A stretch of 64,000 nt of DNA, from NCBI GenBank assembly GCA_050950825.1, contig JBMNIH010000009.1, positions 96,001-160,000 of the forward strand, in the 5' to 3' direction. Below, piece by piece: positions 20,112-30,669 of the stretch (position 1 is its first letter; each line of letters opens with the position of its first letter). A program made the position numbers and the translations under genes. This DNA is from Clostridia bacterium. Its GTDB lineage: Bacteria; Bacillota; Clostridia; JAAYHZ01. The notes under the pieces were generated by a model. That model worked only from the letters and a program-made list of their open reading frames with translations. It ran no database searches and was not told the DNA's origin.

Positions 20112-22118
20112 ATGTTGGAAAAAGAATTTAAATTGGTATCGGAATATACTCCTAGAGGGGATCAACCCCAAGCCATCGAAAAGCTAACGGAAGGTATTCT
20201 TAAGGGGAAAAAGCACCAAACGCTTTTAGGAGTAACCGGATCCGGTAAAACCTTTACCATGGCCAATGTTATACAGAACGTTCAAAAGCCTACATTGGTT
20301 ATTGCGCATAACAAAACCTTAGCGGCGCAATTGTATATGGAATTCAAAGAATTTTTCCCGGAGAATTGCGTCGAGTACTTTGTCAGCTATTACGATTACT
20401 ACCAACCGGAAGCGTATATTCCTGCTACGGATACCTATATCGAAAAGGATTCGTCCATTAACGACGAAATTGACAAGCTGCGCCACTCGGCAACCGCCGC
20501 TCTTTTCGAAAGAAGAGACGTCATTATTGTAGCCTCCGTATCTTGCATATACGGCTTGGGAGATCCGGAGGACTACACCACCTTGATGCAGTCTTTACGA
20601 GTGGGCATGACATATGACCGAGATCAAATCATAAGAAAGCTGATCGATATTCAATACACAAGAAATGAAATCGATTTTAAGCGTGGAACCTTCCGGGTAA
20701 GGGGAGACGTGCTGGAAATTTTCCCTGCCTCTTCTTCCGGGGAAGTGATTCGTGTAGAATTTTTCGGTGATGAAATCGATAAAATATGCATGATCGACTA
20801 TTTGACAGGAGAAATATTAGGTACGACCAACCATGCGGCGATTTTTCCCGCATCTCACTATTCCACGACCTCATGGAAAATGGAACGAGCCATAGAGAGT
20901 ATTAAGGCAGAGCTTGCGGAACAGATTCAAAAATTTAAAGAGGAAAACAAACTGCTGGAGGCCCAAAGGATCGAGCAAAGGACCCGATATGATTTGGAAA
21001 TGCTCAAGCAGACCGGCTTTTGCTCCGGAATCGAAAACTACTCCCGGCATATAAGCGGAAGGGAGCCCGGATCGCCTCCCTATACCTTGTTGGACTATTT
21101 TCCGAAGGATTATTTGCTCATCATTGACGAGTCTCACGTTACCATTCCTCAAATCGGCGCCATGTACAAAGGAGACAAGGCTCGAAAGGATTCCTTGGTC
21201 ACTTACGGTTTTCGCTTGCCTTCCGCCTATGATAACAGGCCTTTGAAATTTCATGAGTTTGAGGAGAAGGTAAACCAAGCCATATACGTCAGTGCAACTC
21301 CTTCCGATTACGAGAGGGAAAAGTGCCCCGTATTCGTGGAACAGATTATTCGGCCTACCGGGCTGGTGGACCCGGAAATCGTAGTGAAACCGGTCAAAGG
21401 CCAAATCGACGATTTAACCGAAGAGATTCGGAGAACCGTAGAAAAAGGGTATCGGGTATTGGTGACTACATTAACCAAAAGAATGGCGGAGGATTTGACC
21501 GACTATTTGGACGAGGCGGGTATCAATGTCCGCTATCTCCATTCGGATATCGCCACCCTTGAACGAACGGAAATCATCGCCGATCTTCGAAAAGGCGAGT
21601 TTGATGTCTTGGTGGGTATTAATTTGCTTCGAGAAGGATTGGACTTGCCGGAGGTGGCTTTGGTTGCCATTTTGGATGCGGACAAGGAAGGATTTTTACG
21701 TTCGGAGACCTCTTTAATACAAACCGTCGGCCGTGCCGCAAGAAACGCAGAAGGAAGGGTGGTTATGTATGCGGATACCATTACCGGATCTATGGAACGT
21801 GCCATAAGCGAAACCAAACGTAGAAGAAAACTTCAATTGGAGTATAATAGAAAGCATAATATAACGCCGAAAACCATACAGAAGAATATTCGGGAAGCCA
21901 TTCGAGCAAGTATCGCCGCAGAACCCGAGGAAGTATACGACATTGAAAGAAGAATCGCCGAGAAAATTGACATGGGGAATAAGCAGGACTTGATTAACCA
22001 ATTGAAGAAGCAAATGAAGGAAGCCGCCGCCAATCTTAATTTTGAATTGGCGGCACAACTGCGAGATAAAATTAGGGATTTGGAGGAAGACAAGCCTTTA
22101 AGGATAAATAAACGTTGA
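20112..22118 (+). CDS. uvrB: Excinuclease ABC subunit B
   Basis: [40 protein letters not shown]-terminal UVR domain; alternative start 20076. Confidence 0.98.
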   Translation: MLEKEFKLVSEYTPRGDQPQAIEKLTEGILKGKKHQTLLGVTGSGKTFTMANVIQNVQKPTLVIAHNKTLAAQLYMEFKEFFPENCVEYFVSYYDYYQPEAYIPATDTYIEKDSSINDEIDKLRHSATAALFERRDVIIVASVSCIYGLGDPEDYTTLMQSLRVGMTYDRDQIIRKLIDIQYTRNEIDFKRGTFRVRGDVLEIFPASSSGEVIRVEFFGDEIDKICMIDYLTGEILGTTNHAAIFPASHYSTTSWKMERAIESIKAELAEQIQKFKEENKLLEAQRIEQRTRYDLEMLKQTGFCSGIENYSRHISGREPGSPPYTLLDYFPKDYLLIIDESHVTIPQIGAMYKGDKARKDSLVTYGFRLPSAYDNRPLKFHEFEEKVNQAIYVSATPSDYEREKCPVFVEQIIRPTGLVDPEIVVKPVKGQIDDLTEEIRRTVEKGYRVLVTTLTKRMAEDLTDYLDEAGINVRYLHSDIATLERTEIIADLRKGEFDVLVGINLLREGLDLPEVALVAILDADKEGFLRSETSLIQTVGRAARNAEGRVVMYADTITGSMERAISETKRRRKLQLEYNRKHNITPKTIQKNIREAIRASIAAEPEEVYDIERRIAEKIDMGNKQDLINQLKKQMKEAAANLNFELAAQLRDKIRDLEEDKPLRINKR

Positions 22119-22152
22119 AGAAGGAAATATAAAGCAAACGGAGGTTTCCAAA

Positions 22153-23226
22153 ATGAGCGAATCGAATTTTCTCTCCTATGATAAGAAGGATCTATTGAGT
22201 AAATGCGCCAACATGAGCCAAATGGCCGGTATTACGCCTTTTATGTATACGGAAGGGAAGGCGGCAGGCTTGAAAGCCTTCGAGGTGGAAACAGGCGGCG
22301 GACTGAATTACATCGTACTGCAGGACAAATGCTTGGATATTTTTAAGGTGAAATACAAAGGAATCAACATCAGCTTTGTATCCAAGGCCGGATTGGTTCA
22401 TCCTCACTATTACAATCCCGACCCTGCGGAATTTACTAAAAATTTTCAAGGAGGAATGCTCTTTACTTGCGGCTTATCCAACGTAGGATCTCCTTGTATA
22501 ATTGACGGAGTACAATATACCCAACACGGAACGATCCATGCGGTTCCCGCTTCCCGGGTAAGCGCTTCGGCCAAATGGATTTATGATAAATATATTATGG
22601 AAATATCCGGTGAGATGGCGGAAAGCCGTTTATTCGGGGAGAACTTGATTCTTAACAGAACCTTGACCTCCGAATTCGGTGGAAAATATGTCAAGATCAA
22701 CGACTCTTTGACAAATCACGGCTTCGAAACCCAAGAATTCATGATATTATACCATTTCAATTTCGGTTATCCTTTCTTGTCCGAAGACACCGAACTCGTC
22801 CTTCCGAATTGCTCTTCCGTTCCGAGAGACGAAGAAGCGGCAAAAGGAATAAAAAGCTTTAAAACCTTTGAAAACCCGGTAGACGGGTACAAGGAACAGG
22901 TTTTCTATCACGACTTAACCGCCGATGACAACGGTTACGTAACGGTTTTAGTTAAAAATGAAAAACTCGGGTTCGGAGTTTATTTATCCTACAAAAAAGA
23001 ATCCTTGGACCGATTCATCCAATGGAAATCCATGAAAACCGGAGATTATGCGTTAGGACTGGAGCCCTCCAATTGCTACGTGGGCGGAAGGGCTGCCGAA
23101 ATGTCTTCCGAAAAAGGCTTAAAAAAGATTGAGCCTATGGAAAAAATCGATTTCGAGCTTACCCTCGGCATCGTGGATGCAGGAGAAGAAATGGAGCGGC
23201 TGGAGAAGAAATTGATGAAAGGATAA
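22153..23226 (+). CDS. Aldose 1-epimerase family protein (DUF4432)
   Basis: GMLFTCGL, QHGTIH, ILYHFNFGYP, YALGLEP. Confidence 0.82.
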   Translation: MSESNFLSYDKKDLLSKCANMSQMAGITPFMYTEGKAAGLKAFEVETGGGLNYIVLQDKCLDIFKVKYKGINISFVSKAGLVHPHYYNPDPAEFTKNFQGGMLFTCGLSNVGSPCIIDGVQYTQHGTIHAVPASRVSASAKWIYDKYIMEISGEMAESRLFGENLILNRTLTSEFGGKYVKINDSLTNHGFETQEFMILYHFNFGYPFLSEDTELVLPNCSSVPRDEEAAKGIKSFKTFENPVDGYKEQVFYHDLTADDNGYVTVLVKNEKLGFGVYLSYKKESLDRFIQWKSMKTGDYALGLEPSNCYVGGRAAEMSSEKGLKKIEPMEKIDFELTLGIVDAGEEMERLEKKLMKG

Positions 23227-23296
23227 GGTCCGTAACCCTGTAACCAAATGTTGCCCGCGATAATATACTGAATTAGATTCGAATTTGGAGGTTATC

Positions 23297-23440
23297 ATGT
23301 TAGGCAAATTGTTACTTGGTAATATCGGATTGGATAATATTTTCGGCGGTAAAGATGACAATTCATGGTTAGTAATTGCCCTTGTTGTCATCGTGGTGAT
23401 TGCGCTGTTGTCGAGAGATAAAAAGAAGGAGTTTTGCTGA
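23297..23440 (+). CDS. 47-aa single-TM small protein, not in the ORF track
   Basis: ggagg RBS, then MLGKLLLGNIGLDNIFGGKDDNSWLVIALVVIVVIALLSRDKKKEFC*. Confidence 0.7.
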   Translation: MLGKLLLGNIGLDNIFGGKDDNSWLVIALVVIVVIALLSRDKKKEFC

Positions 23441-23531
23441 CCGAAAATAAGGAAATGAGGAAAAAACAAATGAGGGACTTTACCGTAGTGTGAAGTTCCG
23501 TTTTATATTCAAAAATTTCCCGTAAATTTAT

Positions 23532-23560
23532 TTGACAAACCTTTTATATTTGACTATAAT
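23532..23560 (+). promoter_or_regulatory. Consensus sigma-A promoter of the T-box leader
   Basis: ttgaca-N17-tataat. Confidence 0.85.
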
Positions 23561-23582
23561 GAAAAAAATATTTTATATAAAT

Positions 23583-23834
23583 AAAGGCTGTGAACGTACA
23601 AAGTAGGCATAAAAAATCTCGACAGGGAGAAAAGTCGCGACTGAGAGCTTTTCAGGGCAAATTTTATGCTGAAATTTCATACGGGAGCCGCATTTCCGAA
23701 AGTCCATTAAGAAATGCCGGTCGACGGACCGTTAAACAAATGAGTGCCTGATGGCGCATCATGGATGCAAGTCAGGAATAAGAGTGGTACCGCGAATGAT
23801 GAACTTCGTCTCTTGAGACGAAGTTTTTTATTTT
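23583..23834 (+). ncRNA. T-box riboswitch, predicted Phe (UUC) specifier
   Basis: Stem I with GA motif, AGTA/GAA S-turn, AGGGA bulge and CTGAGAG loop. Specifier loop gaaatTTCa (23676-23678), CCGTTA box, T-box AGAGTGGTACCGCG at 23781-23794, terminator aacttcgtctc-tt-gagacgaagtt plus T tract. Confidence 0.92.
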
Positions 23835-23881
23835 ATATTCATTTATTACGATTAATATACAAGGTATATTGGAGGGTTCAT

Positions 23882-25192
23882 ATGAATTGCTTTAATCCTA
23901 AATATGAATGCATGTCTAGGGAAGAAATGAGAAAGGTGCAATCGGAACGATTGATTAAAACCGTACACCGTGTTTATGAAAACGTGCCTTTTTACCGAAA
24001 GAAGATGGACGACATGGGTATTCTTCCCGGCGATATTAAGTCGGTGGACGATATTGTGAAGCTTCCTTTCACAACGAAACAGGACTTAAGAGATCATTAT
24101 CCTTTCGGGTTGTTCGCTGCACCGATGGAGGATGTTGTACGCATTCATGCTTCTTCCGGAACAACCGGAAAGCCGACGGTAGTAGGATACACGAAAAACG
24201 ATATTGAGATTTGGTCCGAAACCATGGCCCGTACTTTTGCTTGCGCCGGAGGAACCAATAAGGACATTATTCAAATCGCTTACGGTTACGGTTTGTTTAC
24301 GGGAGGCCTTGGAGCTCATTACGGCGCGGAAAAACTGGGAGCTGCCGTTGTGCCTATTTCCGCCGGAAATACGAAAAAGCAAATTATGCTGATGCAGGAT
24401 TTCGGAACTACCCTTGTGGCTTGTACTCCTTCTTACGTCCTTTTCATAGCCGAAACCATGGAAGAAATGGGTATTGATCCGAAGAGCCTGAAATTAAAGG
24501 CGGGATGCTTCGGTGCCGAACCGTGGACCGACCTTATGAGAAAAGAAATTGAAAACAAGCTGGGTATCCTGGCAATTGATATATACGGCTTAAGTGAAAT
24601 CATCGGACCCGGTGTTTCTTCCGAATGTCCGGTTCAATGCGGGTTGCATGTGAACGAGGATCATTACATACCGGAAATTATTGATCCGAATACATTGGAA
24701 CCTCTGGGAGAAGGTCAGCAGGGAGAATTGGTATTTACCACCGTTACCAAAGAAGCTCTCCCGCTTCTGCGATACAGAACCCGAGACATTTCTTCTCTTC
24801 ACTACGGAGCTTGCGATTGCGGAAGAACCTTGGTGCGCATGTCTCGCGTAACCGGAAGAACCGACGATATGCTGATTATTCGCGGAGTCAACGTATTTCC
24901 GTCCCAAATCGAAAGCGTATTGTTGGATATGGGTTATACGACACCTCATTATCAAATCATTGTCGACCGGAAAGGGTCTTTGGATATGTTGGAAATCCAA
25001 GTTGAAATGACGCAGGAGCTGTTTTCCGATCAGGTTCGAAAGCTGGAAGACATAGAAAAGAAATTAAGACTGAATCTTGAAAGCATATTGGGTCTATCCG
25101 CTAAAATTACCTTGGTAGAACCGAAGACCATACAAAGAAGCGAAGGAAAAGCCAAGAGGGTCATCGACCTACGAAAAGAAAGAATCATTTAA
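23882..25192 (+). CDS. paaK: Phenylacetate--CoA ligase
   Basis: [69 protein letters not shown]. ggagg RBS before ATG 23882; the longer track ORF runs through the T-box. Confidence 0.92.
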   Translation: MNCFNPKYECMSREEMRKVQSERLIKTVHRVYENVPFYRKKMDDMGILPGDIKSVDDIVKLPFTTKQDLRDHYPFGLFAAPMEDVVRIHASSGTTGKPTVVGYTKNDIEIWSETMARTFACAGGTNKDIIQIAYGYGLFTGGLGAHYGAEKLGAAVVPISAGNTKKQIMLMQDFGTTLVACTPSYVLFIAETMEEMGIDPKSLKLKAGCFGAEPWTDLMRKEIENKLGILAIDIYGLSEIIGPGVSSECPVQCGLHVNEDHYIPEIIDPNTLEPLGEGQQGELVFTTVTKEALPLLRYRTRDISSLHYGACDCGRTLVRMSRVTGRTDDMLIIRGVNVFPSQIESVLLDMGYTTPHYQIIVDRKGSLDMLEIQVEMTQELFSDQVRKLEDIEKKLRLNLESILGLSAKITLVEPKTIQRSEGKAKRVIDLRKERII

Positions 25193-25304
25193 ATAAAAAA
25201 GAACCGATAAATCGACTCAAACGGAAAAGGCAAAATGGATATATTTTCATTATACCCGATATATGATATAATGGAAGTGTCCAAAATGTCCAAGGAGGTA
25301 TGTA

Positions 25305-25736
25305 ATGTTGGTAAAGCAAGTTTCTGTCTTTCTGGAAAACAAGAGGGGTAGAGTCGAAAAGGTTACAAGATGTCTGGCCGAAGAAGGAATAAATATTCGA
25401 GCGTTGTCGATAGCGGATACCTCCGACTTCGGAATTTTGAGAATGATTGTTAATGATCCTGATCGAGCCGCCAAAGTGCTGAGAGATAACGGATTTACCG
25501 TTACAATCACCGATGTAATTGCATTAACGGTAGAAGACCAACCGGGTGGATTGGCAAAAGCCTTGTCGGTCATCGGGAAGAATAATATAGAAATAGAGTA
25601 CATTTATGCGTTTATCGGAAGCAGCAAAGGAAAAGCCCAAGTGGTCATTCGGACGGAGATGCCGGAATTATCCACAAAGCTGTTGGAAGAAGCCGGATTT
25701 GAGATCTTGGATTCGATCCATGCGTACGCTTTGTAA
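25305..25736 (+). CDS. ACT-domain (amino-acid binding) protein
   Basis: KQVSVFLENK, INIRALSIADTSDFGILR, EDQPGGL, IEYIYAF; a usual paaK neighbour in anaerobes. Confidence 0.9.
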   Translation: MLVKQVSVFLENKRGRVEKVTRCLAEEGINIRALSIADTSDFGILRMIVNDPDRAAKVLRDNGFTVTITDVIALTVEDQPGGLAKALSVIGKNNIEIEYIYAFIGSSKGKAQVVIRTEMPELSTKLLEEAGFEILDSIHAYAL

Positions 25737-25753
25737 TCCGGAGGTCTTTACGA

Positions 25754-26995
25754 ATGGTTGCTGAAATAATCGCAATTGGTACGGAACTCCTTATGGGACA
25801 AATCGCCAACACCAACGCACAATATATATCCGGCAGATTGCCGGATATCGGCGTTTATGCATACTATCATACGGTTGTAGGCGATAATCGGGAGCGCATG
25901 ATTGCATGTATTAAGAATGCGTTAAGCCGAGCGGACATTATCATTACCACGGGAGGACTCGGCCCTACCCAGGACGACATTACAAGAGAAGCCGTTTCCG
26001 AAATATTAGAAAAACCTTTGGTATCCGATGCCCGTTGCCTTGCGGATATCGAGGCTTTTTTTAAGAGGATCGGAAGAGAAATGACCTCCAACAACATAAA
26101 GCAAGCAATGTTTCCGGAAGGTGCCGTTATCGTCAAGAACCCTAACGGCACCGCTCCGGGATGTATAATCGAGCATCGGGATAAAACCATTATCATGCTT
26201 CCGGGACCTCCTAATGAAATGAAACCGATGTTTGACAATTTCATCATGCCATACTTGGCGAAAAAAGGGGATTTGAAGCTAAAGTCCGTATATATTCGAA
26301 CCTTCGGGATCGGAGAATCCGCATTGGAAGATGCGATCGAAGATCTTGTCAGCAAGCAAAAAAATCCTACCATAGCCACATACGCTTCGGTGGGCCAGGT
26401 TACCGTACGAATAACCGCACGATACTCGGAAGAAGAAAAAGCGGATGATATATTGAAACCCGTAACGGATGAAATAATGAAGCGATTGGGGGACAAAATA
26501 TATTCCGAGGAAAACAAGGAACTGTATGAAGTTGTCTGTGAGCTTTTATTAAAAAAGAAAACAACCGTATCTCTTGCCGAATCCTGTACCGGCGGAATGA
26601 TCAGCGCATGTTTAACCGATTATCCCGGTATTTCCGAAGTTTATCTTGGAGGTGTTAATGCATATTCCAATGAAATGAAGATGAACTTATTGGGTGTTTC
26701 GGAAGAGACTTTGGATCGATACGGTGCGGTCAGCGAAGCCTGTGCCGTGGAAATGGCAAAAGGAATTCAAAATCGAACGAATTCGGACATCGCCTTGTCC
26801 GTAACCGGCATCGCCGGTCCGGGCGGCGGCACCAAAGACAAGCCGGTAGGCTTGGTCTATGTCTCGCTTGTAACGAAATGCGACGTTTGGGTTAAAAGAC
26901 TGAATTTATGGGGAGATCGTTCAAGAATCCGTGCAAATACTACGCTTCATGCTTTGGACATGATTCGAAGATATTTGTCGGGGCTTGAGTTTTAG
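25754..26995 (+). CDS. cinA: Competence/damage-inducible protein CinA (NMN deamidase C-domain)
   Basis: IGTELLMGQIANTN, TGGLGPTQDD, LPGPP, AESCTGG, TGIAGPGGG. Confidence 0.96.
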   Translation: MVAEIIAIGTELLMGQIANTNAQYISGRLPDIGVYAYYHTVVGDNRERMIACIKNALSRADIIITTGGLGPTQDDITREAVSEILEKPLVSDARCLADIEAFFKRIGREMTSNNIKQAMFPEGAVIVKNPNGTAPGCIIEHRDKTIIMLPGPPNEMKPMFDNFIMPYLAKKGDLKLKSVYIRTFGIGESALEDAIEDLVSKQKNPTIATYASVGQVTVRITARYSEEEKADDILKPVTDEIMKRLGDKIYSEENKELYEVVCELLLKKKTTVSLAESCTGGMISACLTDYPGISEVYLGGVNAYSNEMKMNLLGVSEETLDRYGAVSEACAVEMAKGIQNRTNSDIALSVTGIAGPGGGTKDKPVGLVYVSLVTKCDVWVKRLNLWGDRSRIRANTTLHALDMIRRYLSGLEF

Positions 26996-28621
26996 TTGGT
27001 GAAGGATTTGTTAAAAGAAAAAAAGAACAACATGACCGGTAACGCCATGATGATCATGGTATCGGTCGTTTTAAGCAGAATACTCGGTTTCGTCAGGACG
27101 ATGTTGATTCCCGAAAGATTAGGCGGGATGAACGAAGTCACCGACGCATACAACTTGGCATTTTTATTACCCGATTTGATGTACAGCTTGCTGGTAGGCG
27201 GAGCGATTTCCGCCGCACTGATTCCCATGCTGGCAAGCTATATCGAAAAAAAGGACGAAGAGGACGGTTGGAAAGCCGTCAGTACTTTTGTTAATGCGAC
27301 ATTTATCGCCATGTTTGTGGTAAGCGTGCTGGGCATTGTTTTTGCACCGCAGCTTATGAACATCATCGCTCCGGGCTACGACAAAAGCAACACCGAGGTC
27401 TATGAATTGTCCGTTCAATTGACAAGAATTCTGTTTCCGTCGGTCTGTTTCTTAATGTTGGCCGGGTTATGTAACGGAATCATGAATTCCTACCAAAAGT
27501 TTGTCGTTGCCGCATACGGTCCTTGCCTCTATAACCTGCTGTGTATATTCAGCATTTATTTTCTGAGCAGTGACGACCCGAGCAACCACTATAGTGTTCA
27601 CAGAGTGGTATGGGGAGTAGTATTAAGCTCCTTTATATACTTTTTGTTTCAAATCGCTTTTACATTTAAGCATTTGAAGCACTATCGGTTCGGCTTGTAT
27701 TTTCGACATAAGGGTTTTAAACAAATGCTGAAGCTGGCGATCCCTTCTTTGCTGACGACATCCGTCATGCAAGTCAATATCATCATCTCCAATTCGGTAA
27801 CCACCAATTTTCCGGAAGGCAGTGTTACCGCATTAAATATTGCAAGCAAAACATGGCAGATGCCTTTAGGCATTATAGCGCAGTCCATGGGTGTCGCTAT
27901 GCTGCCCGTTCTGTCCACTCTTTTTGCGGCTGAAAAGAAAGACGAGTTTATTCAAAAATTCAATAAAGCATTGCGAACCGTTCTGATGCTGGCGATCCCT
28001 TCGGCCTTTGCCATGGCGATTTTGGCTAATCCTGTCATTCGAACCTTATTCAAATTTTCGGACAAGCTTACGGAAGGCGATATCGATCTAACGGCTCGCA
28101 TATTGATACTATATTCCATCGCCTTGGTGGCGCAATCCGTCAATACCATATTAAACCGTTCCTTCTTCTCGGTGAAGGATGCCGTAACGCCCCTTCTTTC
28201 CGGATTGGTTGCCATTGCGGTCAATGTCGGCTTTTCTGTTCTCAGTTACCGATATACGGGGATGGAGGTTCGCGGTATTGCTTTGGCGTACTCCCTTGCG
28301 GCTTGTGTAAATATGGTTATATTGATAGGATCCATGAATCGGAAAATGAATATATTAAAAAACAAGAAGCAATTGACCTTGGAAATTGTGAAAATGGTTT
28401 TCGCTTCCGTTATTATGGCATTTGTATTGGTATTGTGCGAGCGTTACCTTCTTCCTTTACTGATCGACCCGAATCTTTATTACGGACGAAAATCGATTCA
28501 AGTGTTGGTCCTTTTATTCGAAGCCGTTGTTGGAGTCGTTTCCTATTTTACCCTTATGATTGTCTTGCGTTCGGAAGACATGCGAGATACCATCCGGCTT
28601 CTGCGAAGAAAACAAGAATAA
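26996..28621 (+). CDS. murJ: Lipid II flippase MurJ (MviN)
   Basis: LSRILGFVR, DAYNLAFLLPD, GGAISAALIP, many TMs. Confidence 0.92.
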   Translation: MVKDLLKEKKNNMTGNAMMIMVSVVLSRILGFVRTMLIPERLGGMNEVTDAYNLAFLLPDLMYSLLVGGAISAALIPMLASYIEKKDEEDGWKAVSTFVNATFIAMFVVSVLGIVFAPQLMNIIAPGYDKSNTEVYELSVQLTRILFPSVCFLMLAGLCNGIMNSYQKFVVAAYGPCLYNLLCIFSIYFLSSDDPSNHYSVHRVVWGVVLSSFIYFLFQIAFTFKHLKHYRFGLYFRHKGFKQMLKLAIPSLLTTSVMQVNIIISNSVTTNFPEGSVTALNIASKTWQMPLGIIAQSMGVAMLPVLSTLFAAEKKDEFIQKFNKALRTVLMLAIPSAFAMAILANPVIRTLFKFSDKLTEGDIDLTARILILYSIALVAQSVNTILNRSFFSVKDAVTPLLSGLVAIAVNVGFSVLSYRYTGMEVRGIALAYSLAACVNMVILIGSMNRKMNILKNKKQLTLEIVKMVFASVIMAFVLVLCERYLLPLLIDPNLYYGRKSIQVLVLLFEAVVGVVSYFTLMIVLRSEDMRDTIRLLRRKQE

Positions 28622-28812
28622 TCCGGTTGAAAGCAAACAAAAAATTAAAGATATATCATACAAGAAGGCAACCAAATAGGAGAGGGGAGATACCTGTACG
28701 TTAAAAACCGAAGCATTAACGAGCTTTTCAGTTGATAGCAGCAGCGAACAATCGCTGCTCCATTCTCCTGCAGCAAAAACTCACACTTTTTATGCATATT
28801 TAAAAACCATGC

Positions 28813-29433
28813 TTATGTGTTTTTTATAACGACTTGCTCAATTACGTCGGCTGCGTGTTCACACAGGTCACAGCAATGCTCAAGTCCTTCATACACTGCC
28901 TTCGCACCAACCAAGGCTTTTCCTGTAACGTCAGATCCGAAGAGATTGTAAATTGCATCGATATAAATTCTATCGGCTTCGATTTCAATATCATTAACTT
29001 TAACAAGGAGTTTATGGAGATTCCCGGATTTTTTAAAGTTCTTCAGTTCTCCAACCGCTTCATCCAATGATTTGACACATCTGTTCACAACCTTGGAAAG
29101 CTCAACGGTTTTTGCCGGGATAACATCTATGTGGTACATATAGATATCCAGAATTACCTCGTCCAAAGCATCGGTGATGTCATCAATGATTTGTACCAAG
29201 CGCAGAATATCCTCTTGGTCAATAGGCGTAATAAACTCGGTAGAGAGCTTTTTCAGGATATCATGATGAACAATATCGGCTGTGTGCTCAATCTCATGCA
29301 TGCGTGTTCTATAATCATTGATACTTTCTGCATCAAAGTTACTCAGAATCTCCTCCAATAAATTTGAAGCTTCCACACAGTAAGAGGTTTGCTTTTTTAT
29401 CAATTCAAAATAATCATTTTTTTTCTTAGCCAT
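28813..29433 (-). CDS. DUF47 / phosphate transport regulator (PhoU-like fold)
   Basis: EIEHTADIVHH, EFITPIDQEDI, IDDITD, LEHCCDLCEHAAD; aaggag RBS before ATG 29433. Confidence 0.9.
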   Translation of the reverse strand: MAKKKNDYFELIKKQTSYCVEASNLLEEILSNFDAESINDYRTRMHEIEHTADIVHHDILKKLSTEFITPIDQEDILRLVQIIDDITDALDEVILDIYMYHIDVIPAKTVELSKVVNRCVKSLDEAVGELKNFKKSGNLHKLLVKVNDIEIEADRIYIDAIYNLFGSDVTGKALVGAKAVYEGLEHCCDLCEHAADVIEQVVIKNT

Positions 29434-29446
29434 TTTACATTTCTCC

Positions 29447-30496
29447 TTACGCAAATATCATTAAAAACAATTTTGCCATACCAAAGCCTAAAAGACCGCA
29501 ACCGGGGAATGTGAATACCCAGGTCAGAACCAATTCTCTTACAATGCTCCAGTTTACGTTGCTCATTCTGCGAGCTGCACCTACACCCATAATCGCTGTG
29601 GTTTTTGTATGTGTTGTACTTACGGGAATACCCGTAAGAGAGGATAAAAGCAAGCAAAATGTTGCGGAAAAGTCCGCCGCAAAACCCTGATAGGGTTTTA
29701 ATTTCACCATATCCATCCCAACGGATTTTATAATTCGATATCCGCCTATGGAGGTACCAAGACCCATCACGATGGAGCAAAGAACCATAAGCCATATAGG
29801 AACTACAAAATTCGAGGTATTTGCTTGTCCTCTTGCCATCGCTGCACCAAGCAAAAAAATCGCCATAAACTTCTGACCGTCCTGTGCGCCGTGCATAAAG
29901 GCCATTGCCGCACCACCTGCGACTTGGGCTCCTGAAAAAAAGCGCTCGGACTTTAATCGATTCCGATTACGGAATAATAAAACCGTGAGTTTGGAAGTAG
30001 CAAAACCGAGTCCAAATCCTAAAAAGGTGGAAAGGAAAATTCCGTAAATTACTTTTATCCACTCTGCACCGTTAATTCCGGAAAAACTATTCTGAATAGC
30101 CACGGCGGCACCTGAAATACCTGCAATTAGAGCATGACTCTCGCTTGTCGGAATACCGAAATACCAAGCTGCCGTTGCCCATATAACGATTGCCGCCATA
30201 GCCGCACACAGAGCGATTAAGGCAAGGTGTGAATCACCTCCGAAGTCAACCATCTTGTAAATGGTGAAGGCAACAGAAGCGTTGACGGATGTCATAATAA
30301 GAACACCCAGGAAGTTGAATATGGCAGCCATGATGATTGCTTTCCTCACAGTTATGGCTCTTGTGGAAACACAAGTAGCGATGGCATTTGGTGCATCTGT
30401 CCACCCGTTCACCAATATGACACCTAATGTAAGCAGTGACGATATCATCAGCATAGGGGAACCGATCATTTGACTGATATATTCTGTTATACTCAT
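29447..30496 (-). CDS. Inorganic phosphate transporter (PiT family)
   Basis: NGWTDAPNAIAT, GIPTSESHALI, HGAQDGQK, GIPVSTTH. Confidence 0.94.
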   Translation of the reverse strand: MSITEYISQMIGSPMLMISSLLTLGVILVNGWTDAPNAIATCVSTRAITVRKAIIMAAIFNFLGVLIMTSVNASVAFTIYKMVDFGGDSHLALIALCAAMAAIVIWATAAWYFGIPTSESHALIAGISGAAVAIQNSFSGINGAEWIKVIYGIFLSTFLGFGLGFATSKLTVLLFRNRNRLKSERFFSGAQVAGGAAMAFMHGAQDGQKFMAIFLLGAAMARGQANTSNFVVPIWLMVLCSIVMGLGTSIGGYRIIKSVGMDMVKLKPYQGFAADFSATFCLLLSSLTGIPVSTTHTKTTAIMGVGAARRMSNVNWSIVRELVLTWVFTFPGCGLLGFGMAKLFLMIFA

Positions 30497-30640
30497 AATC
30501 GAATCTCTGACTTTCTTTCGTTTTAGCTGTAAAACCGCCAAAAATATATGAAGGAAAACGGTATACCGGTACGTATATAATCTCTTGTTTTAACCTCATA
30601 GCGGCTTTACGAAGGATTCCGATATCCGTGCCGAATATTA

Positions 30641-30669
30641 AGTATAGTCTAAAATAATCCAATAGTCAA
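30641..30669 (-). promoter_or_regulatory. Sigma-A promoter for the pit-DUF47 operon (about 140-nt leader)
   Basis: Minus strand ttgact-N17-tatact. Confidence 0.6.

Noticed and set aside
23744-23881. N-terminal extension of the 482-aa track ORF
   Set aside because: It runs through the T-box antiterminator and terminator; the real start is ATG 23882 with a GGAGG RBS.
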